A DNA stretch of 29,403 nucleotides from a virus (Duplodnaviria > Caudoviricetes): positions 1 to 29,403 of IMG/VR virus record IMGVR_UViG_3300032373_000083; one strand, given 5' to 3'. Below, in pieces: positions 7,061 through 13,428 of this stretch. Each line of letters starts with the position of its first letter. Position 1 is the first letter of the stretch. The notes under the pieces were generated by a model. The model worked only from the letters and a program-made list of their open reading frames with translations, ran no database searches and had not been told where the DNA came from. The position numbers were made by a program, and so were the translations under genes.

Positions 7061-7480
7061 ATGCGCTCTTGGTCAATCCATCTTGATACGCCGAAAGCCG
7101 CAATCTTAGCCAAGGCTGCGGTGGACCGAGCCCTTGCGCGCGGCGGCATGAAGGCCACTTTTGCCGAGCAAAACCGTACCGACGAACAGAATAAGCGCAT
7201 GTGGGCGCTACTGGACATCATCACCGAAGAACGGCCCGTCTGGAATCACTTTCCGATGAACTCGCGCCGCTGGAAAGGCACATTTATGGATGCGCTGGGC
7301 ATGGAGACGGACGCCACGCCAAGCATGGAGGGCGGGAGGGTTATACCGCTAGGCCATAGCACAAGAGAGTTATCAAAGGGCCAGTTTTCGGACCTGTTTG
7401 AAGTTATACACGCATTTGCAGCCCGCGAGGGCATTGACCTGAAAGAACCAACGGAAGGGAAGCACAATGACACCGAATGA
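7061..7480 (+). CDS. ninB: NinB/Orf-family recombination mediator
   Basis: RTDEQNKRMWALLDII...LGHSTRELSKGQFSDLFEVIHAFAA matches NinB. Start at ATG 7061. Confidence 0.85.
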   Translation: MRSWSIHLDTPKAAILAKAAVDRALARGGMKATFAEQNRTDEQNKRMWALLDIITEERPVWNHFPMNSRRWKGTFMDALGMETDATPSMEGGRVIPLGHSTRELSKGQFSDLFEVIHAFAAREGIDLKEPTEGKHNDTE

Positions 7481-7658
7481 AACACATCAACACATCGACC
7501 AGCTTGAGGCTCATATCGACGCAGGCGGAAAGCCGGGGACACATGTCGTTACCGACCTGATCGCCATTATGCGTGATCTGCTTGAGCAACATTCCGACCT
7601 TGAACGGCGTTTCCGTAATTCACGGCTAGCACTTCGCAGGAGTAAACCCAATGACTGA
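7467..7658 (+). CDS. Hypothetical protein
   Basis: Overlaps both neighbours; has an SD. Confidence 0.65.
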   Translation: MTPNETHQHIDQLEAHIDAGGKPGTHVVTDLIAIMRDLLEQHSDLERRFRNSRLALRRSKPND

Positions 7659-8160
7659 TACACCAATGACAGCCGATGAGGTGAGGAAGATTATATTTGC
7701 CTTCACCTCAGTTGACGCCGGGGAAATCCACACTCCACACGGGTCCATCGACCTAAGAGATATGTGCAAAAGATTGGCGAGCTTGGCCGACCTTCTGGAG
7801 CGTAAGGCTCCCGATTATTTGCGCTTGATAATTGACGGCGTGATCTGTGACGCGGTTGAGCGCGGACATTCAACGGGGTCTGACACAGACCGCATCCTTG
7901 CTCTTATCCAGCCAGCCGTGAAGGTGAAGGCGCTGGAGTGGAGGGACGGGCGGGCAGTCACGCCACTTGGCATATACAGCACTGACGAAGCGGACGGGGA
8001 CCGCCGGTGGGTTTGTTTTGATGGTCGTGTCATCGACTCCGACAGCTTCGCCACCCTAGAAACCGCCAAAGCCGCAGCACAGGCCCACTATGACGCGGCA
8101 ATCCGTGAAGCCTTGGAGCCCAGCGCCATGCTCTCCGCCGCCCCTACAGGAGGTGAGTGA
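7651..8160 (+). CDS. Modular accessory protein A1 (Ea/Eaa-like mosaic)
   Basis: Shares the blocks MTxxPMTxDE, TDRILA/IQPAVKVK, TLExAKAAAQxHYDxAIREALEP and AMLSAAPTGGE with 9009-9929. Confidence 0.75.
   Translation: MTDTPMTADEVRKIIFAFTSVDAGEIHTPHGSIDLRDMCKRLASLADLLERKAPDYLRLIIDGVICDAVERGHSTGSDTDRILALIQPAVKVKALEWRDGRAVTPLGIYSTDEADGDRRWVCFDGRVIDSDSFATLETAKAAAQAHYDAAIREALEPSAMLSAAPTGGE
7884..7929 (+). repeat. Junction J1 (copies at 9395-9434 and 9529-9560)
   Basis: 7898-7929 is identical to 9529-9560 (32 bp); 7884-7903 is identical to 9395-9414 (20 bp). Confidence 0.95.
8052..8120 (+). repeat. Junction J2 (copy at 9701-9769)
   Basis: 61/69 identical by manual alignment. Confidence 0.95.
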
Positions 8161-8162
8161 TG
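8123..8162 (+). repeat. Junction J3 (copy at 9892-9931)
   Basis: 40-bp perfect direct repeat GCGCCATGCTCTCCGCCGCCCCTACAGGAGGTGAGTGATG, containing SD, stop and start. Confidence 0.97.
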
Positions 8163-8510
8163 GCCTGTCTTTCAGAACACCACAAACCAAAAGCAGGCGT
8201 CGTGGGGAAATGCTCTGTTCCAATGTGGTGCGGCGGGTTGCCTGCTGGGTTTTGCGACCAGTCCGCTTACGGCGAACAGCGCGCGGAACGCTATCGCGGC
8301 GAAAATCTATCTTACGCATCGGGTTATTGCTGCGCAGGTCACGGTGGTCCGCGAGAGAATGATGTTCGCTTTATGCGTGACGGCGATATGTGGATGGCCT
8401 TCAACCCCGGCTTTGTAAACTTGCAAGAAAGTCCCGCTGGCTTCGGTGAAACGCGAGCAAAAGCGTTGGCCGAATTGAGCGCGCCCCACCCCACCACAGG
8501 AGAAGAATGA
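8160..8510 (+). CDS. Accessory protein B1 (Cys-rich N-domain plus NLQESPAGFG domain)
   Basis: Starts inside J3 (TGATG) and ends inside J4. Confidence 0.75.
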   Translation: MACLSEHHKPKAGVVGKCSVPMWCGGLPAGFCDQSAYGEQRAERYRGENLSYASGYCCAGHGGPRENDVRFMRDGDMWMAFNPGFVNLQESPAGFGETRAKALAELSAPHPTTGEE

Positions 8511-8541
8511 TGAATAAATCAGATGAGCCCGTAACCGGGTC
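8486..8541 (+). repeat. Junction J4 (copy at 10225-10280)
   Basis: 51/56 identical; the last 27 bp, TAAATCAGATGAGCCCGTAACCGGGTC, are identical. Confidence 0.95.
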
Positions 8542-8827
8542 TTCGATGATAGGTCGCCGCATCCGCGTCCAAAAATACACGATGGGCCATCCAACGCATC
8601 AGGAAGACTACATGGTTGAGGAGTTTCGGCACTGCCCCGGGATATTTTTGTCTGAAGCGCATCGTAAGGCAAACGTCTTCACGCCTCTGTGCGAGCTATA
8701 CGATCCCGCACCGGCTGCCGAGAAGGGCTACATTCCAAACTTTGGTGAATACTACGCCGATTGGGTGCAGTCATGGATGGATATTCCGACACCAACCCAC
8801 CCCGAGCAAAGCGAGGAACAACAATGA
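8507..8827 (+). CDS. Accessory protein C1 (MMNKSDEPVTGS...EQSEEQQ)
   Basis: Both termini match 10249-10488; the interior is unrelated. Confidence 0.75.
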   Translation: MMNKSDEPVTGSSMIGRRIRVQKYTMGHPTHQEDYMVEEFRHCPGIFLSEAHRKANVFTPLCELYDPAPAAEKGYIPNFGEYYADWVQSWMDIPTPTHPEQSEEQQ

Positions 8828-8831
8828 CCCT
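8797..8831 (+). repeat. Junction J5 (copy at 10458-10492; partial copy at 10726-10738)
   Basis: 32/35 identical; core GCGAGGAACAACAATGACCCT. Confidence 0.95.
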
Positions 8832-9012
8832 GTATGTCATTTCCTCCGGTTCGTTTTCTGATCGCGAAGTCGAGGCGCGCAACGCAAATGCCGCCCGCTA
8901 TGCGGACTTCAAAGCATTGCGTGAAGCCGGTTATTTCCAAGAGCGAGACGGCTTCCATCGTTACCTGACAGCCGAAAGCCCACGCGCCATGCTGAAAGCG
9001 AGAGACCAATGA
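8824..9012 (+). CDS. Accessory protein D1 (MTLYVISS...RAMLKARDQ)
   Basis: SD GAGGA inside J5; ATGA overlaps at both ends. Confidence 0.7.
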   Translation: MTLYVISSGSFSDREVEARNANAARYADFKALREAGYFQERDGFHRYLTAESPRAMLKARDQ

Positions 9013-9929
9013 CTGAACCAATGACAACCGATGAAGCCACGGGAGACGTCTATTTTGTCCGCAAGAATGGGTATTATTATCGTCCTAACTCGCGCGGATA
9101 CACATCCTCCCCCTGGGAAGCCGGTCGATACTCCAAAGAAGATGCCGAAACTCACATCGACGAACGCGCTGGCGTCTCTATCGTGCGGGCAAGCGAAGTT
9201 ATGCCCGACATGCTGGATAGCCAATCAGAAGACGCTTGGGACAAACTGCGCGATGAAATTGTAGGCGCATTTATTGCCGGAGCAAAAGGCACCCATGACG
9301 CTTTGCGCGAAGACCCCGATAATCTGACCGACCCTGATCCTAATTTTAAAGAGGCAGCGTATGACTATTTTGCTGCGCTCGAAGTAAACGGTCGCACAGA
9401 CCGCATCCTTGCTCGTATCCAACAGCCAGCCGTGGATAGAGAGGCTGTGAAGCGCCATCTTGAGCGCATGGCATCCACCGGCAACACCGGCAGCTTGGAG
9501 GAGTGGGGCGAGTTTTCGAACGCCATCATTGCTCTTATCCAGCCAGCCGTGAAGGTGAAGCCTTTGCGTTGGCATGATAGGCCGAGCGAGTCTGTTAGCC
9601 ACCATTCAAGCGGCCTCTTTGAGGAATACAAAATTGATTGGCATGGCCCCGACGAATTTTACCTCTCGTACAGACACGTTGGCTTTGATACCACATTCCT
9701 CACCCTAGAAGCCGCCAAAGCCGCAGCACAGCGTCACTACGACAACGCAATCCGTGAAGCCTTGGAGCCTGTTTCTGACGGCATGGTGATGGTTTCGCGT
9801 GAACCGACTGACACCCAACTTGATCGCGCACTTCATTCGTTAGGTTCGCCCAACCCCAAGGAAAGCAAGGTTTGGCTCCGCGCATTCTACCGCGCCATGC
9901 TCTCCGCCGCCCCTACAGGAGGTGAGTGA
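9009..9929 (+). CDS. Modular accessory protein A2 (Ea/Eaa-like mosaic, 306 aa)
   Basis: Same conserved blocks as A1 with different and additional modules, including a VSDGMVMVSREPT...YRAMLSAAP module. Confidence 0.8.
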   Translation: MTEPMTTDEATGDVYFVRKNGYYYRPNSRGYTSSPWEAGRYSKEDAETHIDERAGVSIVRASEVMPDMLDSQSEDAWDKLRDEIVGAFIAGAKGTHDALREDPDNLTDPDPNFKEAAYDYFAALEVNGRTDRILARIQQPAVDREAVKRHLERMASTGNTGSLEEWGEFSNAIIALIQPAVKVKPLRWHDRPSESVSHHSSGLFEEYKIDWHGPDEFYLSYRHVGFDTTFLTLEAAKAAAQRHYDNAIREALEPVSDGMVMVSREPTDTQLDRALHSLGSPNPKESKVWLRAFYRAMLSAAPTGGE

Positions 9930-10252
9930 TGTGGGATTTTTGCACACACTCAACGCCGGTAGCACGAAAACCGCATGTTTGTGGAGATTGCCGCAAGCCC
10001 ATCGCCGTTGGCGAGAAGTACCACCGCGTTTCCGGCGTTTGGGAGGGCGCAATGACCTCTTACAAGAGCCACCTAGATTGCGCGTTTTGCTGCGAGGAAA
10101 TCCGCAAGGTCAATCATTTGGATGATGGGGATGATTACCCGCACCCTGACAACTTTGAAATCGAAGATTGGGAGTGGCTTGTCAAAACCCACCCAAAACG
10201 CAGCGCCCGATTGATGACCGCATACCATCCCACCACAGGAGCAGAGAGATGA
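9929..10252 (+). CDS. Accessory protein B2 (Zn-binding ARKxHxCxxC...HxxC type)
   Basis: Starts inside the J3 copy and ends inside the J4 copy. Confidence 0.75.
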   Translation: MWDFCTHSTPVARKPHVCGDCRKPIAVGEKYHRVSGVWEGAMTSYKSHLDCAFCCEEIRKVNHLDDGDDYPHPDNFEIEDWEWLVKTHPKRSARLMTAYHPTTGAER

Positions 10253-10488
10253 GTAAATCAGATGAGCCCGTAACCGGGTCCGTGTCCTCGGCTTCGCCTG
10301 CGGGCCAGTTGTTGCGTAGGGCGACAGCCTTGCGCGTCTCGCTAGGGCAACGCACGCCGATCCGGGCCGGTTTAACCTATGAGGTGATCACGGTCGATAT
10401 TGGAGAGGTCTTGGCTTTAGCGCGCCTACTAGAGGACACGCTTGTCTTGTTGGCTGACCACACAGAGCAACGCGAGGAACAACAATGA
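10249..10488 (+). CDS. Accessory protein C2 (MSKSDEPVTGS...EQREEQQ)
   Basis: Termini are J4 and J5. Confidence 0.7.
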   Translation: MSKSDEPVTGSVSSASPAGQLLRRATALRVSLGQRTPIRAGLTYEVITVDIGEVLALARLLEDTLVLLADHTEQREEQQ

Positions 10489-10733
10489 CCCTTATACAAA
10501 CATATGTCTTAGCATCTTCAATCTCTGGAGCGATGCTTACCCCACTTGTGCTGTTCTCTGGCGAAAAGGAAGAACTTGCGCGGCTAAGCCCGTTTCATAT
10601 CGGCTTGGGGTTCGTGGGGTTTTCGGGGCTCGGTTTTGCGCTTGGAATGATACTAACCCCCGCCATCATTGGGTACTGGCTATGCAAGATTATCGGGTTG
10701 GCGATCCTTGCTATTCGAGGGGTGAAACAATGA
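10485..10733 (+). CDS. Accessory membrane protein D2 (2-3 hydrophobic segments)
   Basis: Starts inside the J5 copy; highly hydrophobic. Confidence 0.7.
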   Translation: MTLIQTYVLASSISGAMLTPLVLFSGEKEELARLSPFHIGLGFVGFSGLGFALGMILTPAIIGYWLCKIIGLAILAIRGVKQ

Positions 10734-10947
10734 CCCTGAAGCCGTATATGCTGGCCTTGTTTATTCCGTCATCCACGAGACAGGCGGGCGCATATTCTCA
10801 CGCCATGTCATCGCCCAAAGCTGGGAACAGGCAGAGGAACAATGCGGTCCCGGTGAAACCGTTGACGGGCAGATTGAAGCCATACTCCCCGATGACGGGG
10901 CAGCAGAACAATTCAAGCGCAACCTGAAGGGCAAGGAGATAGGGTGA
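10726..10947 (+). pseudogene. Probable frameshifted gene: start-less frame NNDPEAVYAGLVYSVIHETGG...KGKEIG* lies at -1 relative to ATG 10730
   Basis: Translated by hand. The frame looks protein-like and its TGA overlaps the next ATG (TGATG). The frame opened by ATG 10730 stops at 10927. Confidence 0.5.
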
Positions 10948-11162
10948 TGGAGCAGGCACAGGTTAATGCCGAAGCCGCCGCATGGGCTCGCGTCAAAGCC
11001 GCCGAGCGCAGATGGCTCGACATGCTTGGCAGACCCGTAGATCACCTGTGCGACGAGTGCTTAGACCGCCACACTAGGGCGACCCACGCGCTTCATCTCG
11101 CTGCACAGGCCGAGCGGCGGAAATATGACGCTTGGGGCAGAACCCTTAACGAACAAAAGTGA
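10947..11162 (+). CDS. Hypothetical protein, last gene of the rightward operon
   Basis: SD AAGGAG; MEQAQVNAE... Confidence 0.6.
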   Translation: MEQAQVNAEAAAWARVKAAERRWLDMLGRPVDHLCDECLDRHTRATHALHLAAQAERRKYDAWGRTLNEQK

Positions 11163-11174
11163 CAGGGATAGAGC

Positions 11175-11333
11175 CTAACCAATCATGCTGACATTGCACG
11201 TTGTACGGTACACTTCGCCATGACCTAGCGCCGCAGCCGCCTTGCGCAAACTGCCGTGTTCAATCCATGCCTGAATCTTCTCTGTCTGCTTTTCAGTGGT
11301 GCAGAAATCCAACAATCGGGGATCGGGGACCAT
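11175..11333 (-). pseudogene. 52-aa ORF MVPDPRLLDFCTTEKQTEKIQAWIEHGSLRKAAAALG|HGEVYRTTCNVSMIG, a likely internally deleted remnant
   Basis: Translated by hand. The HTH start (HGSLRKAAAALG) breaks off mid-motif. The two ends recall the termini of phage HTH-metallophosphoesterase proteins (recollection, unverified). Confidence 0.45.
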
Positions 11334-11336
11334 ACG

Positions 11337-11681
11337 CTAGCCTTCAATCCGCTCTAATTCTTCACGCAGCATCGCAAGGACGCGCTCGTTGTCTTCACGG
11401 TCAGGGTCATCAAAGGCCATCGCCTCTAGCCGCTTTTCCGTGGTCGTGATCTGAAACTCTAGCGCGGACGCCCTATCGCGCCGGTCAAGCCTTTCATCAA
11501 TGATAAGCGTGGCGAGGGATTCAACCCGTTCATCCAGCACATCGACGGTGACGTATTCAGGGAAGGCCCAAAAGCCAGCGAGATTGGAAATCACACCGCC
11601 CGTTGCCGTAAGCAACGCCGCGATTGCCCCAATCAGGACCGCCCATTGGTTAGGGCTATTCGGGGGCTTCAGTGTTGGCAT
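11337..11681 (-). CDS. Membrane-anchored coiled-coil protein at the end of the lysis cassette
   Basis: Start MPTLKPP with SD GGAG; TM segment WAVLIGAIAALLTATGGVI. Confidence 0.65.
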   Translation of the reverse strand: MPTLKPPNSPNQWAVLIGAIAALLTATGGVISNLAGFWAFPEYVTVDVLDERVESLATLIIDERLDRRDRASALEFQITTTEKRLEAMAFDDPDREDNERVLAMLREELERIEG

Positions 11682-11919
11682 CGGCCCACTCCCTGATCCT
11701 GTCCAAGCGACCGGCGCAAATATCCAGCGCCTCAATCAAATCGGTGCGGTGTTCCACCAGGTCGCGCGTTGTCTCTATAGACCGCACAGGGCGCTCACAG
11801 GGGAGCGTCAGCGCCTTGGGGGGCGTCACCCTCACTGTCTCCGTTCTCGTCAACAGGCGAGGGGTTGAGCAGCCCGCGCAAAGCATCAGGCACAGGCTCG
11901 TCGAGATAATCCGCAACAT
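11656..11919 (-). CDS. o-spanin (Rz1-like lipoprotein)
   Basis: Signal peptide with lipobox CAGC, Pro-rich PPKALTLPCERP and a second Cys; overlaps the i-spanin out of frame. Confidence 0.8.
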   Translation of the reverse strand: MLRIISTSLCLMLCAGCSTPRLLTRTETVRVTPPKALTLPCERPVRSIETTRDLVEHRTDLIEALDICAGRLDRIREWADANTEAPE

Positions 11920-12226
11920 CGTCATTGTTCCTAGCTGCATCGTCTATATCCGCTCGCCGTGTGTTGGCTTGTGAACGAATGGCCCGCTCGCGTTCGAGGG
12001 CATCGACAAGCAGTCTATCCAGCGTGTCGGCTTCCTGTTGGAGTTTGGCGATGGCTTCCTGATTGGCGTCGTTGGCTTCAACCGCGATTGCGAGATCCGC
12101 TCGTGTCTCTGACAGGCGTTCCGAAGCAGAAGACCACAGAAGAAAAAATGCGCCCGCAAGGGCAAATGCGCTCCCCGTCGCAATGATGAGGATTTTGCCC
12201 CATAAGCTAGACAGGATGTTCAACAT
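11795..12226 (-). CDS. i-spanin (Rz-like)
   Basis: N-terminal TM, long coiled coil and a YLDEPVPDALRGLL tail; overlaps the lipoprotein gene. Confidence 0.8.
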   Translation of the reverse strand: MLNILSSLWGKILIIATGSAFALAGAFFLLWSSASERLSETRADLAIAVEANDANQEAIAKLQQEADTLDRLLVDALERERAIRSQANTRRADIDDAARNNDDVADYLDEPVPDALRGLLNPSPVDENGDSEGDAPQGADAPL

Positions 12227-12227
12227 G

Positions 12228-12671
12228 TCACCACCATTTAGTTAGCATTAGAACGCCAAACGCGATGAAGCCGGACGCAATAATCGCTCCGACCGCGACA
12301 TTTAATTCGCGGCGCGAGAAGCCTTCCTGCACCATCATGGATGCTCGAATGTGGCCGTAAGCCGCCATCACGACCATGATTTCACGCGATGGAATGTTGG
12401 CGACGACGCCCCATGAAATCAGCGCGTTTGTGAAGGGCCAGCCATAAAAGTGTGCCAGCCACGCCACGCCCCAATATGCGCCGTCTAGTAACTCACCGAG
12501 AAAGCCGATGAAGATACCGCCCGCGATCCAATCGCGCGGCTGTGCCTTGGAAAACTGACCGGTGAAGACATAAGAAAAAGTGCCATGATACCGGGACAGC
12601 ACCCACCCGCAGAAGATTAGCGCGGGGAGGGTGAGGCCAATGGATAGAGCCTCAAGAACTTCGCGCAGCAT
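12228..12671 (-). CDS. Multi-pass (about 4 TM) membrane protein in the lysis cassette
   Basis: Four hydrophobic segments; lies between the holin candidate and the spanins. Confidence 0.65.
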   Translation of the reverse strand: MLREVLEALSIGLTLPALIFCGWVLSRYHGTFSYVFTGQFSKAQPRDWIAGGIFIGFLGELLDGAYWGVAWLAHFYGWPFTNALISWGVVANIPSREIMVVMAAYGHIRASMMVQEGFSRRELNVAVGAIIASGFIAFGVLMLTKWW

Positions 12672-12837
12672 TGCCAACACCTTCTAGCAGGGCATCCAGA
12701 AGGCGCGCGGTTTGTTGTTTCTCGTTGGCCTTTTTCATCACTTCGCCTTTCAACTCGTTCAACTGGCCCGCAAGGCTGCGTATCTCGTCGCGGTAGGCGT
12801 CGTGTTTGTCGGTTTTGCGTTTTCCGTTAAGCGGCAT
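12652..12837 (-). CDS. Small coiled-coil hypothetical protein
   Basis: Overlaps both neighbours. Confidence 0.6.
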   Translation of the reverse strand: MPLNGKRKTDKHDAYRDEIRSLAGQLNELKGEVMKKANEKQQTARLLDALLEGVGNAARSS

Positions 12838-13015
12838 CGACTTGCCCCTTCAGGTCTTTCCAAAGGTCAATCTGTGCCTTCAGGTTTTCAAGGTACTCCC
12901 GCTCCGCTTCCCGCCGCCCATCGACCTCCTTGCGCCATAGCCAGAAGAACAGGCCAGCCAGCGCGAAGCCGGGGCCATTTTCGAGGGCGTATGAAACGAC
13001 TTGAGCGTCCATCAT
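12827..13015 (-). CDS. Putative single-TM holin-like protein
   Basis: GPGFALAGLFFWLW followed by a charged coiled coil (BhlA-like layout); ATGA-coupled to the endolysin. Confidence 0.55.
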   Translation of the reverse strand: MMDAQVVSYALENGPGFALAGLFFWLWRKEVDGRREAEREYLENLKAQIDLWKDLKGQVDAA

Positions 13016-13425
13016 GAATACTGCCAAAAAGCTGGACGCTTACCCGACCGCGCGTAGTCGTGGTTATCGTCAAGGTGAATGAAAGAGGGTTTGTTCACGC
13101 CAATGCCAAGGAAGCGGAACTCAAAGGCCAGAGAGATCAGCCCGTACCAATCGCCGTTAGCCGGTGCGATGTCAGCCGCCCAGCCGCCCGAATGATTGCC
13201 CTTGCCGCCAATCGAGCGATCATGTTCCGGTGTGCGATACCAAGAATTGACGCGGATTGGTGAGCCGAAGTCCCGGCGCAATTCGTCGAGGCGAAGCCCA
13301 AACGGCTTGTGCAGAACAATGGACCCGTCACGACTGTCTGACACTTCCTCTGGTGAGAAGAATGTCAGGGGCCATTGGTCTGGGGCAACATCGCGCCAGT
13401 GTCGGAATCGCAGAACGTCAGGCAT
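13012..13425 (-). CDS. Endolysin, peptidase M15 family zinc peptidase
   Basis: SWYRTPEHD..IGG..NH..GWAADI...FIHLD Zn-binding motifs. Confidence 0.88.
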   Translation of the reverse strand: MPDVLRFRHWRDVAPDQWPLTFFSPEEVSDSRDGSIVLHKPFGLRLDELRRDFGSPIRVNSWYRTPEHDRSIGGKGNHSGGWAADIAPANGDWYGLISLAFEFRFLGIGVNKPSFIHLDDNHDYARSGKRPAFWQYS

Positions 13426-13428
13426 GGA

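Noticed and set aside
8983-8993. CGCGCCATGCT matching the start of the J3 copy
   Set aside because: Only 11 bp and explainable by the common RAML motif; not counted as a junction.
8052-9769. DGR template/variable repeat pair (J2 copies)
   Set aside because: Mismatches are not confined to adenines (GCC vs CGT, T vs C), both copies are coding, and no reverse transcriptase is in the window.
7884-10492. CRISPR array or integron attC interpretation of the repeats
   Set aside because: The repeats are several different sequences, lie in coding DNA and are separated by irregular, mostly gene-sized spacers. There are no cas or intI genes and no attC R/L box structure.
11163-11336. Possible tRNA or att site in the apparent intergenic gap
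   Set aside because: No cloverleaf or T-loop consensus; the gap is filled by the 52-aa minus-strand ORF.
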